Shown piece by piece: positions 50,783 to 60,771 of a DNA stretch of 64,000 bases. The notes beneath the pieces were generated by a model. It saw nothing but the letters and a program-made list of their open reading frames with translations, was not told the DNA's origin and made no database searches. Position numbers and translations under genes: made by a program. Location: positions 1,024,001 to 1,088,000 of the forward strand of contig OZ223300.1 in the NCBI GenBank assembly GCA_965140705.1, given 5' to 3'. The stretch comes from an uncultured Arcobacter sp. Lineage in GTDB: Bacteria > Campylobacterota > Campylobacteria > Campylobacterales > Arcobacteraceae. Each line of letters opens with the position of its first letter. Within the stretch, counting starts at the first letter, position 1.

Positions 50783-51455
50783 TCTCAAATCACTAAGTAG
50801 ATTTTTACAAATACTTGATGGAACTTTTCCCTCAGGTATGTTTGTTCACTCTTTTGGTTTAGAACCTCATATTGTAAAAGGGGTAGTTTATGATGAAAAG
50901 AGTTTAAAAATTTATTTAAAAAATCTAATCATAGATCAATACTCAAAGATGGAGTTTGTGTATATTAAAAAAGTATATGAAGCTTTAGAAAATGATAGAT
51001 TGAATTTAATAAAAAAACTTGATAATGAGTATGGAGCATATTTAACATATGAGTATGCAAAAGCTTCTAAAGATATAGGTGAAAACTATTTTGCCCAAAT
51101 AAAAAGTTTGCCCACAAAAGATATAGTAAAAAAATATTTTAAAAATATAGAAAATAAAACTTGTGAAGCAAATGAAATAGTAGTTTTAAGTGCATTAGCT
51201 TATGATTTGGATATTTGTATGGAAGATTTTATTGTTATGTGGACTAAAAAAAACCTTATAAATATAGCAGCAACAACGCTTAAAATATCAAGGATAAAAC
51301 CTTCTCAAATACAAAAAATGTTGTTTGAGTTTGATGAAATTTTAGAAAGTATTGTTTTTGAAAAGATTGATGAAAAGATTACAAACTATAATCCTCTTTT
51401 TGAAGAGATAATATTTTCCCATAAAAATTTAGAACCTAAGTTATTCGTTACATAA
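50724..51455 (+). CDS. ureF: Urease accessory protein UreF (start may be 50757)
   Basis: LQILDGTFPSG.F.HSFGLE; C-terminal H....PKLFVT. Confidence 0.9.
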   Translation: MWKKQKGILNQMVKHTTHTNLKSLSRFLQILDGTFPSGMFVHSFGLEPHIVKGVVYDEKSLKIYLKNLIIDQYSKMEFVYIKKVYEALENDRLNLIKKLDNEYGAYLTYEYAKASKDIGENYFAQIKSLPTKDIVKKYFKNIENKTCEANEIVVLSALAYDLDICMEDFIVMWTKKNLINIAATTLKISRIKPSQIQKMLFEFDEILESIVFEKIDEKITNYNPLFEEIIFSHKNLEPKLFVT

Positions 51456-51464
51456 AGGAAAAAA

Positions 51465-52052
51465 ATGAGTTTAAAAATAGGAATTGCAGGACCAGTAGGA
51501 AGTGGTAAGACTTCTTTAATTGAGAGTTTAACAAATATGTTAAAAGATAAATATTCACTTGCAATTGTGACAAATGACATATATACAACAGAAGATGCAA
51601 ATTATCTTAAAAAAACACTTGATTTAGATGAAAATAGAATCACTGGTGTTGAAACTGGTGGTTGCCCTCACACAGCTATTAGAGATGATATATCTATGAA
51701 TCAAAAAGCAGTAGTAGAACTTGAAGAGAAGTTTAGTCCTGATATTACTTTTGTAGAAAGTGGTGGGGATAATTTAAGTGCTACTTTTTCTTATGAATTG
51801 ATTGATTATTATATGTATGTAATAGATGTAGCACAAGGGGCTGATATTCCTCGTAAAAAAGGTGCAGGACTTCTTTTTTCTGATTTACTTGTTGTAAATA
51901 AAACTGACTTAGCACCATATGTTGGAGTTGATTTAATCTCTATGAAAAGTGATGTTGAAAATAATAGAAAAAATAAACCCTCTGTTTTTATTTCAAATAA
52001 AGATGAAGAGAGTTTAAATCAAGTTATTTCTTGGATAGAGGCTTTATTATAA
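51465..52052 (+). CDS. ureG: Urease accessory GTPase
   Basis: GPVGSGKT, ETGGCPHTAIR, ESGGDNL, NKTD. Confidence 0.97.
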   Translation: MSLKIGIAGPVGSGKTSLIESLTNMLKDKYSLAIVTNDIYTTEDANYLKKTLDLDENRITGVETGGCPHTAIRDDISMNQKAVVELEEKFSPDITFVESGGDNLSATFSYELIDYYMYVIDVAQGADIPRKKGAGLLFSDLLVVNKTDLAPYVGVDLISMKSDVENNRKNKPSVFISNKDEESLNQVISWIEALL

Positions 52053-52072
52053 AAGTAAATAAAGATATTTCT

Positions 52073-52462
52073 TTATTTACTTTTTGTATCAGTTAATAGT
52101 GAGATATTAAATAGCTCATGTTTTTGAAGTAAATCTAAAATCTCAACCACTCTTTCATATTTTACTTCTTTGTCTATTCTAAAGATAATATTTCTTTTTT
52201 TATCTTTTATTTTACTTATCTCTTCTTCAAGGTTATATATTGAAACTTCTTTTCCGTAAATTGCAAGTTTACTTTTATCAAGTTCTATGATGACTTCTTT
52301 TTGTTTTAGTTCTATCTCTTTTGCACTTGAAGTTGGAAGATTTAAAACCAAGGCTAATTCATCTTTTTTAAAAACAGAAGATACAATGAAAAATATTAAA
52401 AGAATAAAAACAACATCAATAAGAGGCGTAATATCAGGAGTTAAAATCTCTCTTTTTTTCAT
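52073..52462 (-). CDS. exbD: Biopolymer transport protein ExbD
   Basis: ITPLIDVVFILLIFFIV. Confidence 0.92.
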   Translation of the reverse strand: MKKREILTPDITPLIDVVFILLIFFIVSSVFKKDELALVLNLPTSSAKEIELKQKEVIIELDKSKLAIYGKEVSIYNLEEEISKIKDKKRNIIFRIDKEVKYERVVEILDLLQKHELFNISLLTDTKSK

Positions 52463-52968
52463 ATTCTTTTTAGAACCTCTTTTTGAATTTTTAGTTCAAT
52501 ATCATCTAATATTCCCACAATATAGTTGTATCCAATATAATGTGGAATAGCTACAATTAACCCAGCCACAGTAGTAATAAGTGCTATTGAAATACCATTT
52601 GAAAAAATAGAAGGATCACCCAAGCCACTTTTTGTAATAGAATCAAATGAGTTCAAAACCCCAATAACAGTTCCTAAAAGTCCCAAAAGAGGAGCAATAG
52701 ATGCAATGATTTTTACAGTATTTAATCCAAACTCTAATTTTCTTATTCTTCTATTTATTACATTTTCAACAGATTCTTTTTCAAATGAACTGTTTGTAGT
52801 TTTTACAAAAGCTAATATATCTTGTACAATTTTCTCTTTTCCAGCTCTAGAAGATAGAATAACAACTAATTTCCAAAGCATTATTGTAAACCCAATAATA
52901 TTTAAAAATATAAGAATATATACTATAACTCCACCTCTATCAATGTAACTCATTAAATTAATTCCCAT
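52459..52968 (-). CDS. exbB: MotA/TolQ/ExbB proton channel
   Basis: APLLGLLGTVIG, GISIALITTVAGL.VAIP. Confidence 0.9.
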   Translation of the reverse strand: MGINLMSYIDRGGVIVYILIFLNIIGFTIMLWKLVVILSSRAGKEKIVQDILAFVKTTNSSFEKESVENVINRRIRKLEFGLNTVKIIASIAPLLGLLGTVIGVLNSFDSITKSGLGDPSIFSNGISIALITTVAGLIVAIPHYIGYNYIVGILDDIELKIQKEVLKRI

Positions 52969-52974
52969 TTATTT

Positions 52975-53685
52975 TTAACTCCTAATAATTTGATATAAAA
53001 CTGGAACTGTAATATTCCAAGAACTTTTATTTAGCTCTTCTGGAATTGGTTCGAAATGTTTTATTTTATTTATAATTTCAATTGCTGCTTTATTTAGTCT
53101 ATTATATTTTGACTTTTCTGTTATTTTGATATTTACAATATCTCCATTTTTTGCAATGGTAAAGTTTAAATATACTTTTCCCGTTTGATTAAGTCTTTTT
53201 GCACTATTTGGATATATTTTATTTTTTTCTATTAATTCTTTTAATTTTAATAAATATTCATTTTCTATGGCTTTTAATTTATCTAAATCAATCTGTTTAG
53301 TATTGTTTTTTGTTTTTTGTTCCACCTTGTGTTCAACCATTTTTTCCTTAAAAACTTTTTTTGGTTCTTTTTTATGAACAAGTTTTTTTATTGGCTTTTC
53401 TTTTTTTATAACTTTCTTTTTCTTTGTATGTTTGATGATATTTTTGCTTTTAGTTTTATGAAGTTTTTTTCTTACGATTTCTTTCTTTTTAATCTCTTTT
53501 TTAACTTCGACTTTTTTAACTTCTTGTTTTTTGATAATTATTTTTTTTAAGTTTATTTTATTGCTAGAGTTTGCAGGTTTGGGTGCAATAATTTTATTTT
53601 CTTCAGTATGTAATTGTGCAAATAAATAAATGTGTGTACAAATAACAAGTATAAATATTGATAATAGACTTTTCTTTTTTTCCAT
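52975..53685 (-). CDS. tonB: Energy transducer TonB
   Basis: N-terminal TM with His, Lys-rich linker, YP..AKR..G.V C-terminal domain. Confidence 0.88.
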   Translation of the reverse strand: MEKKKSLLSIFILVICTHIYLFAQLHTEENKIIAPKPANSSNKINLKKIIIKKQEVKKVEVKKEIKKKEIVRKKLHKTKSKNIIKHTKKKKVIKKEKPIKKLVHKKEPKKVFKEKMVEHKVEQKTKNNTKQIDLDKLKAIENEYLLKLKELIEKNKIYPNSAKRLNQTGKVYLNFTIAKNGDIVNIKITEKSKYNRLNKAAIEIINKIKHFEPIPEELNKSSWNITVPVLYQIIRS

Positions 53686-53701
53686 TTGAGAATATTAACA
53701 T

Positions 53702-53720
53702 AATATTGATAATGATTATC
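53702..53720. promoter_or_regulatory. Fur box upstream of tonB-exbB-exbD
   Basis: AATATTGATAATGATTATC matches GATAATGATAATCATTATC at 16 of 19 positions. Confidence 0.7.
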
Positions 53721-53792
53721 TTAATTATTGTTTAAATTAAAGAATTTCTTTTTGAGTACAATATGAAGTCAATTTATGATAAAATCCGCCTT

Positions 53793-54623
53793 ATGAATAA
53801 AGAAGACTATTTTATAAAACAATTTAAAAATACTCATAAAAATATTATTGGTGATGATGGAGCTGTTGTGGGTTCTCATGTTTATAGTATGGATGCTTTT
53901 TTTGAAAATGTTCACTTTAAACGAGAGTGGATGAGCTTAAAAGAAATTGCTAGAAAAGCAATGCTTGTAAACATATCAGATGCCATAGTTATGAATGCCA
54001 TTCCAAAATATGCACTTATTAGTATAGCTATTCCTAAAGATTTTTCTAAAGATGATTTAAAAGAGTTAGCAAAAGGATTTAAAAGCATTGCCAAAAAATT
54101 TGGAATTAAAATAATTGGTGGCGATACAATATCAAACATCAAACTTGATATTTCTATAACAATTATTTCAAAAACAAAAAAACCAATATTTAGAAAAGGT
54201 TTAAAAAAAGATGATTTTCTTTGCTTTACAGGAGAGTTAGGAACTTGTAAAAAAGATTTAGAATCTTTATTACAAGGGAAAGAAGTCTCTAAAAAATCTA
54301 AGTTCATAAAACCGAAACTAAAACCTGAGTTTTTTTATGAAATCTCTCCTTATGTTAATTGTGCCCTTGATATTTCTGATGGTTTGTTTTTTGAACTTGA
54401 AAGATTGTCAGAAACAAACAACTTAGGATTTGAGTTTTTTGATAAGATTAGTAAAAACATAGGTTGTTCAGGAGAAGAGTATGAAATATTGTTCTCTTTT
54501 TCTCAAAAAAATAGAGATATTATCTCTAAAATAGCAAAAAAACATGAAGTAAAATTAAACATCTTTGCAAAAGCAGTTGATGGAACATATAAAGGTGATT
54601 GTAAAAATCATCATTTTAATTAA
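53793..54623 (+). CDS. thiL: Thiamine-phosphate kinase
   Basis: IGDDGAV, D.F.ENVHF, NISDA, GGDT, DISDGL, GEEYE; ATG 53793 preferred over 53763. Confidence 0.9.
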   Translation: MNKEDYFIKQFKNTHKNIIGDDGAVVGSHVYSMDAFFENVHFKREWMSLKEIARKAMLVNISDAIVMNAIPKYALISIAIPKDFSKDDLKELAKGFKSIAKKFGIKIIGGDTISNIKLDISITIISKTKKPIFRKGLKKDDFLCFTGELGTCKKDLESLLQGKEVSKKSKFIKPKLKPEFFYEISPYVNCALDISDGLFFELERLSETNNLGFEFFDKISKNIGCSGEEYEILFSFSQKNRDIISKIAKKHEVKLNIFAKAVDGTYKGDCKNHHFN

Positions 54624-54632
54624 GGGAAAATA

Positions 54633-55721
54633 TTGGAAGAAAACACAAACTTAAACAAACACAATTTACAATACTATTTAAATCACTCAAAAATAGATGT
54701 AATATTCAAACAAAATAAAGACGATTTCGTAGTAACAGAAATACCTTTATATGACTTTACAGGTGAGGGTGAACACATAGTAATAAAACTAAGAAAAAAA
54801 GATTTATCTACTTGGGATGCTTTACAAATTATTGCAGATAGTATTGGATGTAAATTAAGAGATATAGGATATGCAGGATTAAAAGATAAAAATGCAATGA
54901 CTATACAACATATCTCTATTCCTAAACAATTTGAAGAGAAAATAAACAGCTTTACCCATGAAAATATTAAGTTCTTAGAAACTATTAATCATAACAATAA
55001 AATAAGAATAGGTCATCTAAAAGGTAATAAGTTTTTTATTAGATTAAAAAGGGTTAGTCTAATGGATGCTAAGAAGATAGAACAAGCTTTAAGTAAAATT
55101 GCTACATATGGTATTCCAAATTATTTTGGTGTTCAAAGATTTGGTGCTTATGGTGATAACCATGAAAAAGGTCAACAAATAGTTGAAGGTACATTAAAAG
55201 AGAAAAGAAGAAATCTAAAACAGATGTATTTAAATGCTTATCAAAGTTTTTTATTTAACTCTTGGCTTTCAAAAAGAGTTGAAATTTCAAAACTAATTGA
55301 TGCCTTTGAACCAAAAGAGATTTGTGAAAAAGTTGGACTTTCTCAAGATATTGTAAAACAAATGAAAGCTCAAGAACACCCTTTTAAAATGCTTCCTGGT
55401 GAACTTATGAGTCATTATCCTTTTGGAAAAATATTTATAGCTGAAGAGTTAGAAGTAGAAAGCGATAAATTTTATAAAAAAGATAGAGTTCCTACTGGAT
55501 TATTGCCTGGTAAAAGAGTAAAAGTAAGTGAAGGTTTAGCTCAAGAATTTGAAAAGGAATTTGATAAAAAAACATTTGAAGATGGGGCTAGAAGATTTGC
55601 TTGGGTTTTCCCAGAGGAAATAGAATCTAACTATAAAGAAGATAAAAATTGGTTTGAACTTTCTTTTACATTACCAAAAGGTTCATATGCTACACAAGTT
55701 ATTTCAGAGATAATACATTAA
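54633..55721 (+). CDS. truD: tRNA pseudouridine(13) synthase
   Basis: DFVVTE, YAGLKDKNA.T.Q, PNYFG.QRFG, F.LPKGSYAT. Confidence 0.95.
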   Translation: MEENTNLNKHNLQYYLNHSKIDVIFKQNKDDFVVTEIPLYDFTGEGEHIVIKLRKKDLSTWDALQIIADSIGCKLRDIGYAGLKDKNAMTIQHISIPKQFEEKINSFTHENIKFLETINHNNKIRIGHLKGNKFFIRLKRVSLMDAKKIEQALSKIATYGIPNYFGVQRFGAYGDNHEKGQQIVEGTLKEKRRNLKQMYLNAYQSFLFNSWLSKRVEISKLIDAFEPKEICEKVGLSQDIVKQMKAQEHPFKMLPGELMSHYPFGKIFIAEELEVESDKFYKKDRVPTGLLPGKRVKVSEGLAQEFEKEFDKKTFEDGARRFAWVFPEEIESNYKEDKNWFELSFTLPKGSYATQVISEIIH

Positions 55722-55811
55722 TAAATGCTTAAAAAAAGATTATATTTTTAAGCTTAGCTTTGATAAACTTTATTTTATACAAAAGTTAATGCTTTAAATA
55801 AGAGGTTTATC

Positions 55812-56147
55812 ATGAATTATGAAGAAGTAGTTGTCGAATTAGACCATGTAATAAAAAGTTCTGAAAAGGTAGCTGTCTCTGTTTTTGATAAACTAGAATT
55901 AGCTTTATCTTATACTAAAGAAAAAAAATCAAGTGATTTGATTATGGAAGTTATGAATACAATTCAAGAAGAGGATATCTTCAGACAAAAACTTGAAAGA
56001 GTTGTAAATTGTATTTGTGAAGCTCAAGGGATAGATTGTGCAAGATTTAATATAGCACCAACTGCAAAACATATTTCAGGCGATGATTATGAAGATGAGA
56101 TTTCTCAAGAAGAAATCGACAAAATGTTTGCTAATATGAATAAATAG
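55812..56147 (+). CDS. Minimal CheZ-like phosphatase (epsilon type)
   Basis: Q.EDIFRQKLERV (D-x3-Q catalytic motif) and C-terminal SQEEIDKMF helix. Confidence 0.65.
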   Translation: MNYEEVVVELDHVIKSSEKVAVSVFDKLELALSYTKEKKSSDLIMEVMNTIQEEDIFRQKLERVVNCICEAQGIDCARFNIAPTAKHISGDDYEDEISQEEIDKMFANMNK

Positions 56148-56161
56148 AAAGTTTAAACTCT

Positions 56162-58348
56162 CTATTTATTACATACTTCTTTTTTAAGAGTATTTAAAGT
56201 TCCAAATATTCTTAAAGACTCTATCTCAACTTCTTTTGCTTTTTCATTTAAAATATTATTTGGTTCATTATTTGCATTTGCATCAGTTAATGCTTGTATC
56301 TTTCTTGCTAATGAACTATTTAGGGTTTTAAGCTCTTCAAGTGAATTAGATGCTTTAATATTGTACGTTTCTTCAAAATTACTAATAAATGTAGAGAGAA
56401 CTTCTGAAGGCGTTGCACTCCATTTAGTTTTTTCACCCAATCTAGAATAAGCTTGATCTTTTAATTCTAAAACATTTACTTTAACTTTTGCTGCATCATA
56501 AACTAAGTCTACATTACATACTTGTTCTCTAGCTTCTTGAATAAAACTAGCTCTTGAAGCAGCTGTTACAAGAGAGTTTGACATATTTGCAATAAGACTT
56601 GACATATTTGAAATATCTTCTGCTACTCCTGCATTTTGTTGTGTAACTTGATCCAATGTTGTAACTGCATCATTGATTTGTCTAATACCAGCTTCTTGTT
56701 CTTTAGCAGCATTTGAAACATTATCAATCATTACTATTGTATCTGTAACATTTTGATTTAATTCATTATATCCTTCAATCATTTTATTTGAAATATCTTG
56801 TCCACCTTTTGCTTTCATTGAAGCAGCTTCAACAATATCTTTTATCTCTTTAGCAGCTTCTGCACTTCTTGATGCTAGGTTTCTCACTTCTTGAGCAACT
56901 ACAGCAAAACCTTTACCAGCTTCCCCAGCAGTTGCAGCTTCCACAGCAGCATTAAGTGAAAGGATATTTGTTTGAAATGCAATTTGATCAATTATTTCAA
57001 TAGCTTCATTTATTGAGCTTACTTGTTTATTGATATCTTCCATTGAATGAGCAGTTTGATTTGCTAAATTTTGTCCATTTTTTGCAGAAGCAGTAAGTTC
57101 TTGAGATAATAGCTTCATTTTACTAGCTGCTTCATTTGTTCCTTTTATATTAGAAGTTATTTGTTCTAATGCAGCAGCTGTCTCTTCTAAAGATGCAGCT
57201 TGTTTATTTGATGATTTAGATAAATTACTTGCGGCATCTGATAATGTTTGAGTATTTTCATTTAGTGAATCACCAGTATTCATAATCATTGCTAAAATTT
57301 CAGAGGTATTATGTCCTACAAGCTTTATTCCAGCTGTAAGTGAACCTAAATCTCCATAAATATTCTTATCATCGATTTGTGCATCAAATTTTGATTCTGA
57401 ATATTGTTTTAAAGTAGCATTTATTTTTTCTAGGGTAGCTCTAGTTCCACTAATCATAGTGTTAAGTTTATTTTTTAAATCTTCAACATGAGGGTTTGAT
57501 GCTTTTGAATTTACATTATAAACAAAGAACCCATTGCCTGTTTTTTCTAAAATATCATTTGCTTCTTCAATAACTTTTGCATCAAGGGCAAGTCCCTCAT
57601 TTACCTTATCCATATATGAATTAAATAAATCGGCAACTTCAGAAATTTCATCTTTTGATTGAACACTTAATCTTATATTAGTATCATTTGATTCAATTAA
57701 GTTTGTAAAACCTGATTTTAAAGACTCAATAGGGTTTGTAGCTCTTTTAACTAAGAAGAAAATCAATGCAATAGTCAAGGCACTAAGTATAAGTGAAGTA
57801 GTAGAAATACTTAAAACTAAATCAACTAATTCTCTATCTGAATCTTGTAGTGAAAAAGTTAAATCCATTACACCAATTACATCTCCAACTTGTTGATTAG
57901 CATGGCACATAATACAATCTTTTTCAGCAATCATAGGTTTAATCATTCTAATTTCATGACTACCATTATCTGTTGATTCAAAAAGTTGTGATTTTTTACT
58001 AGCAAAAGATTCTAAAATGTTTGGGTCTTCTGTGTATTTTGTCCCTTGTGCATACATTTCAATTAATGGTTTACTCTTAGCAACAGTCAAGTTTTTAACA
58101 CCCTTTATAGTTGCTGCATCTTTTTCTGCCTTTTGAATAGTTGCAACATCTCCTGTTGACATTGCATTTCTTAGACTTTGAAACATAGCTGTATTTAACA
58201 TTGCTAAATATTCTTTTGTGGTATTTAAAGAATCTCTTTTTACTTCTGTTGTAGTAAAGTATATTACAGATGTACTACTAATTGTCATTAAAATAATTAG
58301 TGCGAATATTATTTTATTACTTATTTTTTTCGATATGAATCCGAACAT
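56162..58348 (-). CDS. Methyl-accepting chemotaxis protein with periplasmic CxxCH (c-heme) sensor
   Basis: CIMCH between two [34 protein letters not shown]. Confidence 0.93.
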   Translation of the reverse strand: MFGFISKKISNKIIFALIILMTISSTSVIYFTTTEVKRDSLNTTKEYLAMLNTAMFQSLRNAMSTGDVATIQKAEKDAATIKGVKNLTVAKSKPLIEMYAQGTKYTEDPNILESFASKKSQLFESTDNGSHEIRMIKPMIAEKDCIMCHANQQVGDVIGVMDLTFSLQDSDRELVDLVLSISTTSLILSALTIALIFFLVKRATNPIESLKSGFTNLIESNDTNIRLSVQSKDEISEVADLFNSYMDKVNEGLALDAKVIEEANDILEKTGNGFFVYNVNSKASNPHVEDLKNKLNTMISGTRATLEKINATLKQYSESKFDAQIDDKNIYGDLGSLTAGIKLVGHNTSEILAMIMNTGDSLNENTQTLSDAASNLSKSSNKQAASLEETAAALEQITSNIKGTNEAASKMKLLSQELTASAKNGQNLANQTAHSMEDINKQVSSINEAIEIIDQIAFQTNILSLNAAVEAATAGEAGKGFAVVAQEVRNLASRSAEAAKEIKDIVEAASMKAKGGQDISNKMIEGYNELNQNVTDTIVMIDNVSNAAKEQEAGIRQINDAVTTLDQVTQQNAGVAEDISNMSSLIANMSNSLVTAASRASFIQEAREQVCNVDLVYDAAKVKVNVLELKDQAYSRLGEKTKWSATPSEVLSTFISNFEETYNIKASNSLEELKTLNSSLARKIQALTDANANNEPNNILNEKAKEVEIESLRIFGTLNTLKKEVCNK

Positions 58349-58433
58349 TTATTTACCTTAATCTTTAAGTTGCAATAGTATATAATTAAATCTATTTATA
58401 AACAATAAAAACTTAAAGAGATTTGATAAAATA

Positions 58434-58994
58434 ATGATAGTTGGAATAAACGGTAATATAATTAGAAAAGAGCCAACCCTATTACATATTAATGTTAATG
58501 GGCTAGTTTATGAAGTTTTTGTATCTGTTAACTGTAGTTCTAAGATAACAGAAAATAATATTTCATTGCATACTACATACATAATAAGAGAAGATTCTCA
58601 GGCTTTGTATGGCTTTATTGATGTAAATGAAAAAAAACTTTTTGATACAGTTATAAAAATAAATGGGGTAGGACCTAAAGTAGCCCTTGCTATTTGTTCA
58701 ACATTTACTCCAAGTTCTTTTTCTCAAATAGTAAGTTCAAATGATATCTCAATGTTAAAAAGAGTTCCAGGTATTGGTCCAAAAGGTGCTAGTAGAATTT
58801 TGGTTGAATTATCTGGATTTGTTATTGATGGAAATAGTGATGAAGATTCAGTTGGAACAAATATGATGGAAGCATCTATGGCATTGGAATCATTAGGATT
58901 CAAAAAAGATGTTATAAGTAAAGCATTAAAAAGCTGTAGTGCTACAAATACAAGTGACTTGGTAAGAGAAGCACTTAAAAAATTACAAAAATAG
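58434..58994 (+). CDS. ruvA: Holliday junction branch migration protein
   Basis: [30 protein letters not shown]. Confidence 0.96.
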   Translation: MIVGINGNIIRKEPTLLHINVNGLVYEVFVSVNCSSKITENNISLHTTYIIREDSQALYGFIDVNEKKLFDTVIKINGVGPKVALAICSTFTPSSFSQIVSSNDISMLKRVPGIGPKGASRILVELSGFVIDGNSDEDSVGTNMMEASMALESLGFKKDVISKALKSCSATNTSDLVREALKKLQK

Positions 58995-59013
58995 ATTTAA
59001 AGGTTAGATAAGA

Positions 59014-60048
59014 ATGAAGATTGCTATAGTTTTTGGTGGAAGCAGTTATGAACATGAGATTTCAATAGTATCTGCTATTGCGATGAAAGATGTGATAAAA
59101 AGTGAATTAGAGTATATATTTTTAGATGAGAACAGAGATTTTTATCATATTCCTACTAAAACAATAAAGTCAAAACTTTTTAGTACTGGTGAGTATAAAA
59201 AGTGTGATAAATTAAATATCAAAAAAGGTGGCTTTTCAAAAAAAGCTATGTTTGGAGAAAAAAATGTTGAGTTTGATATTGTCTTAAATTTAATCCATGG
59301 TGGTGATGGTGAAGATGGGACAGTTGCTTCTCTTTTTGAATTTTTTGATATAAAATATATAGGTCCAAGAGTTGGAGCTTGTAGTGTAAGTTTCAATAAG
59401 TTTTTGACAAAAGGGTATGCTTCATCTTTAGGTATTAAAACAATACCTTATCAATACTTTACAAAATTTGATGAAATAAGTATTGATGAATTTCCAGTAA
59501 TCGTAAAACCAGTTACTTTAGGAAGTTCGATTGGGGTTAGTATTGTAAAAACAAAAGAAGAGTTAAGTTATGCACTTGATGTTGCTTTTGAGTTTGATAA
59601 TGCAGTTTTAATAGAGACTTTCGTACCAAATATAAAAGAGTATAATCTTGCAGGTTATAAAATAGGAAATGAAATCAAATACTCAATAGTAGAAGAGCCA
59701 CAAAAAGCTGATTTTTTAGATTTCGATAAAAAGTATCTTGATTTTGCAAGAACTGAGAGAGTAAGTGTTGCTAATATTAGTGATGAGTTAAAAGAGAAAC
59801 TAAAAAATGCTTTTGCAACTATTTATAATACAACATTTAATGATGCGATGATTAGATGCGATTTTTTTGTAATTGATGATGAAGTTTATTTAAATGAGAT
59901 TAACCCAATCCCTGGTTCTATGGCAAACTATCTGTTTGAAGATTTTGATGCAAGTATAAAAGAGCTATCAAAATCATTGAGACTAAAAGATAAAATTAAA
60001 ATCTCATACGATTATGTAAACAAAATCCAATCGGCCAAAGGTAAATAA
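59014..60048 (+). CDS. ddl: D-alanine--D-alanine ligase
   Basis: GGSSYEHEISIVSA, HGGDGEDG, GSSIG, NEINPIPG. Confidence 0.95.
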   Translation: MKIAIVFGGSSYEHEISIVSAIAMKDVIKSELEYIFLDENRDFYHIPTKTIKSKLFSTGEYKKCDKLNIKKGGFSKKAMFGEKNVEFDIVLNLIHGGDGEDGTVASLFEFFDIKYIGPRVGACSVSFNKFLTKGYASSLGIKTIPYQYFTKFDEISIDEFPVIVKPVTLGSSIGVSIVKTKEELSYALDVAFEFDNAVLIETFVPNIKEYNLAGYKIGNEIKYSIVEEPQKADFLDFDKKYLDFARTERVSVANISDELKEKLKNAFATIYNTTFNDAMIRCDFFVIDDEVYLNEINPIPGSMANYLFEDFDASIKELSKSLRLKDKIKISYDYVNKIQSAKGK

Positions 60049-60051
60049 ACC

Positions 60052-60771
60052 TTGGCTTTAAAATCAATTCAATACGATAATAAAACTTTTGATATCTCAT
60101 ATGAAATAATAAATCAATCTTCAAAAAAAGATATTATTATTCTTCATGGTTGGGGTTCAAATAAAGATATCATGAGTAAAAATTTCAAAAGCTATTTACC
60201 AAGTTTTAGGCAAATATATGTTGACCTACCAGGTTTTGGAAAAAGTCCTACGCAATATGTACTTACAACAGATGATTATACAAATATTATGGAGATATTT
60301 TTAAAATCTATTTCTGCTTCAAAAGATACAATTATGGGACACTCATATGGTGGAAAAGTTGCCACAAAATTAAATCCCAAAAATCTTATACTTTTAAGTA
60401 GTGCTGGAATAGTAGAAGAAAAATCAGCAAAAGTAAAAAGAAAAATTAAAATGGCTAAGTTATTTAAAGCCTTAGGGTTAGGTGGTATTACTAAGATTTT
60501 TAGAAGTAAAGATGTGGATAATATGAGTGAAAATATGTATGAGACTTTTAAAAATGTACTAAATGAAGATTTTACAGAAGAGTTTAAAAACTTTTCTGGA
60601 AAAGCATATATATTTTGGGGTGAAAGTGATACTGCTGTTTCTTTAGAATCTGGTAAAAAAATAGCCTCACTCATAAAAAACAGTGAATTTAAATCATATG
60701 AAGGGACTCATTTTTTCTTTGTTGAACATGCAAAAGATATAAGTGAGAGAGTAGAAAATGGAATACTTTAA
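60052..60771 (+). CDS. Alpha/beta hydrolase
   Basis: LHGWG, DLPGFG, GHSYGG, WGESD, H triad. Confidence 0.9.
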   Translation: MALKSIQYDNKTFDISYEIINQSSKKDIIILHGWGSNKDIMSKNFKSYLPSFRQIYVDLPGFGKSPTQYVLTTDDYTNIMEIFLKSISASKDTIMGHSYGGKVATKLNPKNLILLSSAGIVEEKSAKVKRKIKMAKLFKALGLGGITKIFRSKDVDNMSENMYETFKNVLNEDFTEEFKNFSGKAYIFWGESDTAVSLESGKKIASLIKNSEFKSYEGTHFFFVEHAKDISERVENGIL

